Of a DNA stretch of 10,824 nucleotides, positions 7,771 through 10,824 are shown piece after piece; within the stretch, counting starts at the first letter, position 1, and each line of letters begins with the position of its first letter. This stretch comes from an uncultured Nitrososphaerota archaeon (lineage in GTDB: Archaea > Korarchaeota > Korarchaeia > Korarchaeales > Korarchaeaceae): positions 1-10,824 of the forward strand of contig CAZUBM010000039.1 in the NCBI GenBank assembly GCA_964618805.1, given 5' to 3'. The position numbers and the translations under genes were made by a program. The notes under the pieces were generated by a model. It saw only the letters and a program-made list of their open reading frames with translations, did not search any database and was not told the origin of the DNA.

Positions 7771-7791
7771 TCCCCTTGATGTTATTGATGG

Positions 7792-8541
7792 ATGTGGCGC
7801 CTCTTAATAGATGAAGGACCTGTCCATTGGCAGATGGCTTTAGACGAAGCTCTTTTAGTTCTGAAATCTAGGGAGAAGATACCAAACACAATCAGACTCT
7901 ATGTAATAAAGCCAAGTGCTGTGACAATAGGATACTTCCAGAAGATCTCAGAATCAGTGAACCTCTCTTACACTAGGGAGAAAAGAATTCCTGTTGTAAG
8001 AAGAGTTACAGGAGGAGGAGCTGTTCTACATGATCAAGACGGGGAGATTACGTACAGCGTAACAGTCTCCTCCAAGGACATCCCTGAGAACGTCCTAGAG
8101 AGCTATAAGGTCATTTGTTCTGGGGTAATAGAGGCGTTGAGTATATTTGGGCTTCAAGCAGAGTTTGTACCTGTCAATGATGTGTTGGTTGGGGGGAAGA
8201 AGATATCTGGAAGTGCTCAAGCACGAAGGTCTGGAGCAGTTATGCAGCACGGAACCCTAATGTACAACACAAATCTAGAGATCTTGGCTAGAGCCTTAAT
8301 GGTCCCTAAAGCAAAGCTAGTTGATCACGGAGTTAGAAGCATTACGGAGAGAGTAACCACGATTTCCACATCTTTAGGAAGGAAGGTTGACAAAGACGAG
8401 GTCATAGAATCCCTAAAAAGGGGATTCGAAAAGGCGCTCGGCATAACTCTGGAGAAAGGAGAACTTACTGAAGAAGAAATAAAACTCGCAAAGAAATTGG
8501 AGAGAAAATACATTAGCAAAGAATGGAATTTTAGGAGGTAG
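7792..8541 (+). CDS. lplA: Lipoate/octanoate:protein ligase, catalytic subunit (LplA-N; BPL/LplA/LipB family)
   Basis: QMALDEALL, IGYFQ, VVRRVTGGGAVLHD, NDVLVGGKKISGSAQ, HGTL; 249 aa, without a fused C-terminal domain. Confidence 0.93.
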   Translation: MWRLLIDEGPVHWQMALDEALLVLKSREKIPNTIRLYVIKPSAVTIGYFQKISESVNLSYTREKRIPVVRRVTGGGAVLHDQDGEITYSVTVSSKDIPENVLESYKVICSGVIEALSIFGLQAEFVPVNDVLVGGKKISGSAQARRSGAVMQHGTLMYNTNLEILARALMVPKAKLVDHGVRSITERVTTISTSLGRKVDKDEVIESLKRGFEKALGITLEKGELTEEEIKLAKKLERKYISKEWNFRR

Positions 8542-8545
8542 TTAT

Positions 8546-8824
8546 ATGATTCATAGAGAGGCACTAACGAAGATTCCTGGTGGCAAAACTGTCAAGGTTG
8601 AGTTAAAGATCAGGGAGGGGATCATAGAGAGAGCAATAATAAGCGGGGACTTCTTTGCTTACCCTTCAAGCATAATCGAAGATATTGAATCTGAGTTAGA
8701 GGGAAAAAGAGCCGAGTTTGAAGCGATAAAGAAGGTCTTGGAGAAGTTTAGAGAGAAAGGAAAGCTCGTTGGCATTTCATTCAATGATCTAGAGCGACTT
8801 TTCGAACAAGTAATTTCTAAATAA
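8546..8824 (+). CDS. lplB: Lipoate:protein ligase accessory subunit (stand-alone LplA C-terminal domain, LplB)
   Basis: KIPGGKTVKV...IISGDFFAYP...IEDIESELEG matches the Lip_prot_lig_C pattern. It starts 4 nt after the lplA stop, with AGGAGG upstream; 92 aa. Confidence 0.88.
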   Translation: MIHREALTKIPGGKTVKVELKIREGIIERAIISGDFFAYPSSIIEDIESELEGKRAEFEAIKKVLEKFREKGKLVGISFNDLERLFEQVISK

Positions 8825-8844
8825 CGAGTTCAGCTAATCGTTAA

Positions 8845-9117
8845 TTACTCTGTTTTTAGACTAGATACAAAAACTGTACTCCGTCTATGAGTGCTAAGAA
8901 TATGGATGAAGTTGTTAAATCCTATTGTTCCAAGATTTATCCCATCTCTAACAATTCCCCATCCAGCGACCTAAAACCTCCCGTTGTCAGGGAATTGCAT
9001 CCCTTTTTCATCATATCCTCCGCCAATTGCCTTCAAAATTTTGCTATGATAAGAGGGTCAGGAAACTTCGAGTAACATGGCCAAAACGGCTGATCTTGCT
9101 ACGAAATCCGAATTCAT
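8845..9117 (-). pseudogene. Degraded reading frame beginning with a CitG-like (triphosphoribosyl-dephospho-CoA synthase) N-terminal stub
   Basis: ATG 9117, with GAAGAGGG upstream, gives MNSDFVARSAVLAMLLEVS* (TGA 9058-9060). This resembles archaeal CitG starts (A..A.LA.LLEVS..PKPGNV) but stops before PKPG. The same frame continues PSYHSKILKAIGGGYDEKGMQFPDNGRF*VAGWGIVRDGINLGTIGFNN..., which I cannot assign. Confidence 0.5.
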
Positions 9118-9218
9118 TCCTATAATCCCTCTTCACAGCTATCGAAAGGGACTCATAAATAATAAGAAATATTGTTTGGCTTATTTATCTGAAAAAGGCT
9201 ATTTGAAAAAGAGGATGA

Positions 9219-10025
9219 ATGAAGATGAAAATAAAAATAATCAAAGTTAAAGCTAAGAAAGCTTTTACTCCAACCAAAATTCCAGGAGCAGATTATGTTA
9301 TAAACCAATATGTTGGTTGTGAGCATGCTTGCCTTTATTGCTATGCAAAGTTCATGAGTAAGTGGTACAACTACGGAAAGTGGGGAAAATGGGTTGTCGT
9401 TAAGGAAAATCTACCAGAGCTCGTTAAAAGTGAACATGTGAAAGGAGAAGTTTACATGTCAAGTGTGAGCGATCCCTATCAGCCCATAGAAAGGAAGATC
9501 AAACTGACCAGAAAGATTTTGAAAAGAATGAAGAAGAAAGTAAGGCTTAGAATTTTGACAAAATCCGATTTGATTTTGAGAGATATTGACATTTTTAAAG
9601 AGTTTGAAGATATAGGAGTTGGATTAACAATAAATGGTTTTGATGGAAAATTAAAAAAAGAAATAGAACCGTTTTCTCCAACCAATGGAAAAAGAATAGA
9701 AGCTCTTAAAATGCTGCAGGAAAACGGAATTAAAACCTATGCTTTTGTTTCTCCGATAATTCCTAAGTTGGTTGATGTTGAGGAATTGATTAAAGAAACG
9801 AAGGGTTTTGTAGATTTCTATTGGTTTGAATTTTTGAATTTAAGGGCTTCTGGCAAGAATTTTAGACAATGGTTAAGAAACAATTATCCTGAAAGTTATA
9901 ATTTGATTTCAGATAAACATGAAGCTGGAAAATATATGAAAAAAGTTATTGATATTATAAAAAATAGCAACATTTATGTTAAAGGCGTTTGTATTCATTA
10001 TCCAAAACTCGTGGTGGTGAAATGA
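9219..10025 (+). CDS. Radical SAM protein, SplB / COG1533-like (spore photoproduct lyase-related family)
   Basis: DYVINQYVGCEHACLYCYA (CX3CX2C), SSVSDPYQPIE, ILTKSDLILRDID, EPFSP...RIEAL, FVSPIIP; GAGGA upstream of the start. Confidence 0.85.
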   Translation: MKMKIKIIKVKAKKAFTPTKIPGADYVINQYVGCEHACLYCYAKFMSKWYNYGKWGKWVVVKENLPELVKSEHVKGEVYMSSVSDPYQPIERKIKLTRKILKRMKKKVRLRILTKSDLILRDIDIFKEFEDIGVGLTINGFDGKLKKEIEPFSPTNGKRIEALKMLQENGIKTYAFVSPIIPKLVDVEELIKETKGFVDFYWFEFLNLRASGKNFRQWLRNNYPESYNLISDKHEAGKYMKKVIDIIKNSNIYVKGVCIHYPKLVVVK

Positions 10026-10141
10026 AAGTTGAATTTTTAGATGATATGCTATCTGCTTTAGTTGAATTACCCGAAGCGCGCGCTATTATTCAAAAATTGA
10101 AGAATAGGAAAAGACTACTCCTTCTTAAATTTTCATTGTAA
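10022..10141 (+). CDS. Small 39-aa ORF or truncated gene, translationally coupled to the radical SAM gene
   Basis: ATGA overlap at 10022-10025 with GGTGGTGA just upstream; MKVEFLDDMLSALVELPEARAIIQKLKNRKRLLLLKFSL*. Confidence 0.4.
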   Translation: MKVEFLDDMLSALVELPEARAIIQKLKNRKRLLLLKFSL

Positions 10142-10165
10142 TAACATCGACGCTTGAAGTTATCC

Positions 10166-10723
10166 TTAGTCTTCTTGGGAATTCCTTTGTTTTTTCTTTG
10201 AAAAGTTAAGTATGTGACCCTTTTGCTCTCTTAAAGAGAATAGGTTTGTTTTCTCCATGATCTCTAGAATTCTGTCCTTCTTCATGCGAAAGCAGAAACG
10301 CGTGGAAAGGTATCCGTTTGGCTTCAAAATCCTATACAATTCTTTTAGTAAAGATTCCTTATCCTCAATTTCAGGCAGCACTCCATATAAAAGGATCACA
10401 TCTACACTTTCGTCAGGTAATCCGGTATCTCTGTCGGATAATATTGTGTCTATATTGTAGAAAGTTTCCTCTTGAGCCTTTTCCTCGATCTTTTTTATTG
10501 CCAACGGCTGTTTATCCAAAGCGTATACTCTTCCTTTTTCGCCTACCAACTTGGCAGCTGGGAAAGTGTAAGAGCCAATACCACACCCATAATCCAGTAT
10601 TTTTTGTCCTTCTTGGAGATCAAGTTTGCGTACTTCCTCTTCTGGTTTGAAAGGTATGCCGAACTTATCTCTTAATCCTAGAAGAAAGTACTCTATTCTA
10701 AGTTTGATGTTGAGGCTTCTCAT
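10166..10723 (-). CDS. Class I SAM-dependent methyltransferase (UbiE / Methyltransf_11/31-like)
   Basis: ILDYGCGIG, VYALD, LPDESVDVI, ELYRILKPNGYL. ATG 10723 is preferred because GGTGA, which contains the GTG at 10732, sits at RBS spacing. Confidence 0.88.
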   Translation of the reverse strand: MRSLNIKLRIEYFLLGLRDKFGIPFKPEEEVRKLDLQEGQKILDYGCGIGSYTFPAAKLVGEKGRVYALDKQPLAIKKIEEKAQEETFYNIDTILSDRDTGLPDESVDVILLYGVLPEIEDKESLLKELYRILKPNGYLSTRFCFRMKKDRILEIMEKTNLFSLREQKGHILNFSKKKQRNSQED

Positions 10724-10738
10724 TTTACTCACCGATTC

Positions 10739-10824
10739 CTATATTTTGCCTGTTAGCCAGCCGATTTTCACATTTGTTCTTTGATCAAACTGTGGAACGT
10801 AAGGTTTGATGTCTAGGAGAAAAG
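10739..10824 (-). CDS. tsaA: tRNA m6t6A37 methyltransferase TrmO/TsaA (YaeB family), 3' end; truncated by the window edge
   Basis: Manual translation FLLDIKPYVPQFDQRTNVKIGWLTGKI* carries the family DIKPY motif and the downstream GWL; TAG at 10739-10741. Confidence 0.8.
   Translation of the reverse strand, partial: FLLDIKPYVPQFDQRTNVKIGWLTGKI

Noticed and set aside
3573-7807. Short ORFs at 3573, 4103, 4925, 5927, 6125, 6652, 7179 and 7562
   Set aside because: They overlap thiI, fdhD, lipS1 or lipS2 in antisense or alternative frames. Several show the Ser/Phe/Leu-rich composition typical of shadow ORFs.
8887-9075. Plus-strand 62-aa ORF
   Set aside because: It has no motif or RBS; the opposite strand looks more like decayed coding sequence.
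8325-10675. ORFs 8325..8564, 9479..9685, 10257..10460, 10318..10650 and 10472..10675
   Set aside because: They are antisense shadows of lplA, the radical SAM gene and the methyltransferase.
1-10824. CRISPR array, tRNA/rRNA, IS element or defence system
   Set aside because: Reading by eye found no regularly spaced repeats, cloverleaf or rRNA-like segments, transposase/integrase ORFs or terminal inverted repeats. A covariance-model search was not possible.

Overview
This window looks like archaeal chromosomal DNA, based on its gene content and on TATA-like and GGTG/GGAG ribosome-binding motifs; the lineage cannot be fixed from sequence alone. The core (5896-8824) is a compact, divergently arranged non-canonical lipoate assembly module: lipS2-lipS1 (two radical SAM sulfur-insertion subunits with their diagnostic Cys motifs) on the minus strand and a split lipoate/octanoate:protein ligase (lplA-lplB) on the plus strand. 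Further sulfur-transfer genes follow on the minus strand: fdhD (1-nt frameshift near its 3' end) and a thiI that lacks both the rhodanese domain and the CXXC motif. Past an M3-like Zn peptidase lies a dead moeB/thiF/ubaA-like E1 fragment fused in frame to the 3' end of a copA-like P1B-ATPase; the ORF track misses the E1 part. The left end holds a partial COG0212 (5-FCL/MTHFSD-like) gene and a HAD phosphatase. Right of about 8830 the DNA looks like a patchwork: a citG-like N-terminal stub, an AT-rich SplB/COG1533-like radical SAM gene with a coupled 39-codon ORF, a class I methyltransferase and the 3' end of a trmO/tsaA gene. I saw no rRNA, tRNA, CRISPR array or transposase. The best candidate for something undescribed is a possible FdhD-centred sulfur relay serving ThiI and/or LipS1/S2; this is inference from gene neighbourhood only.
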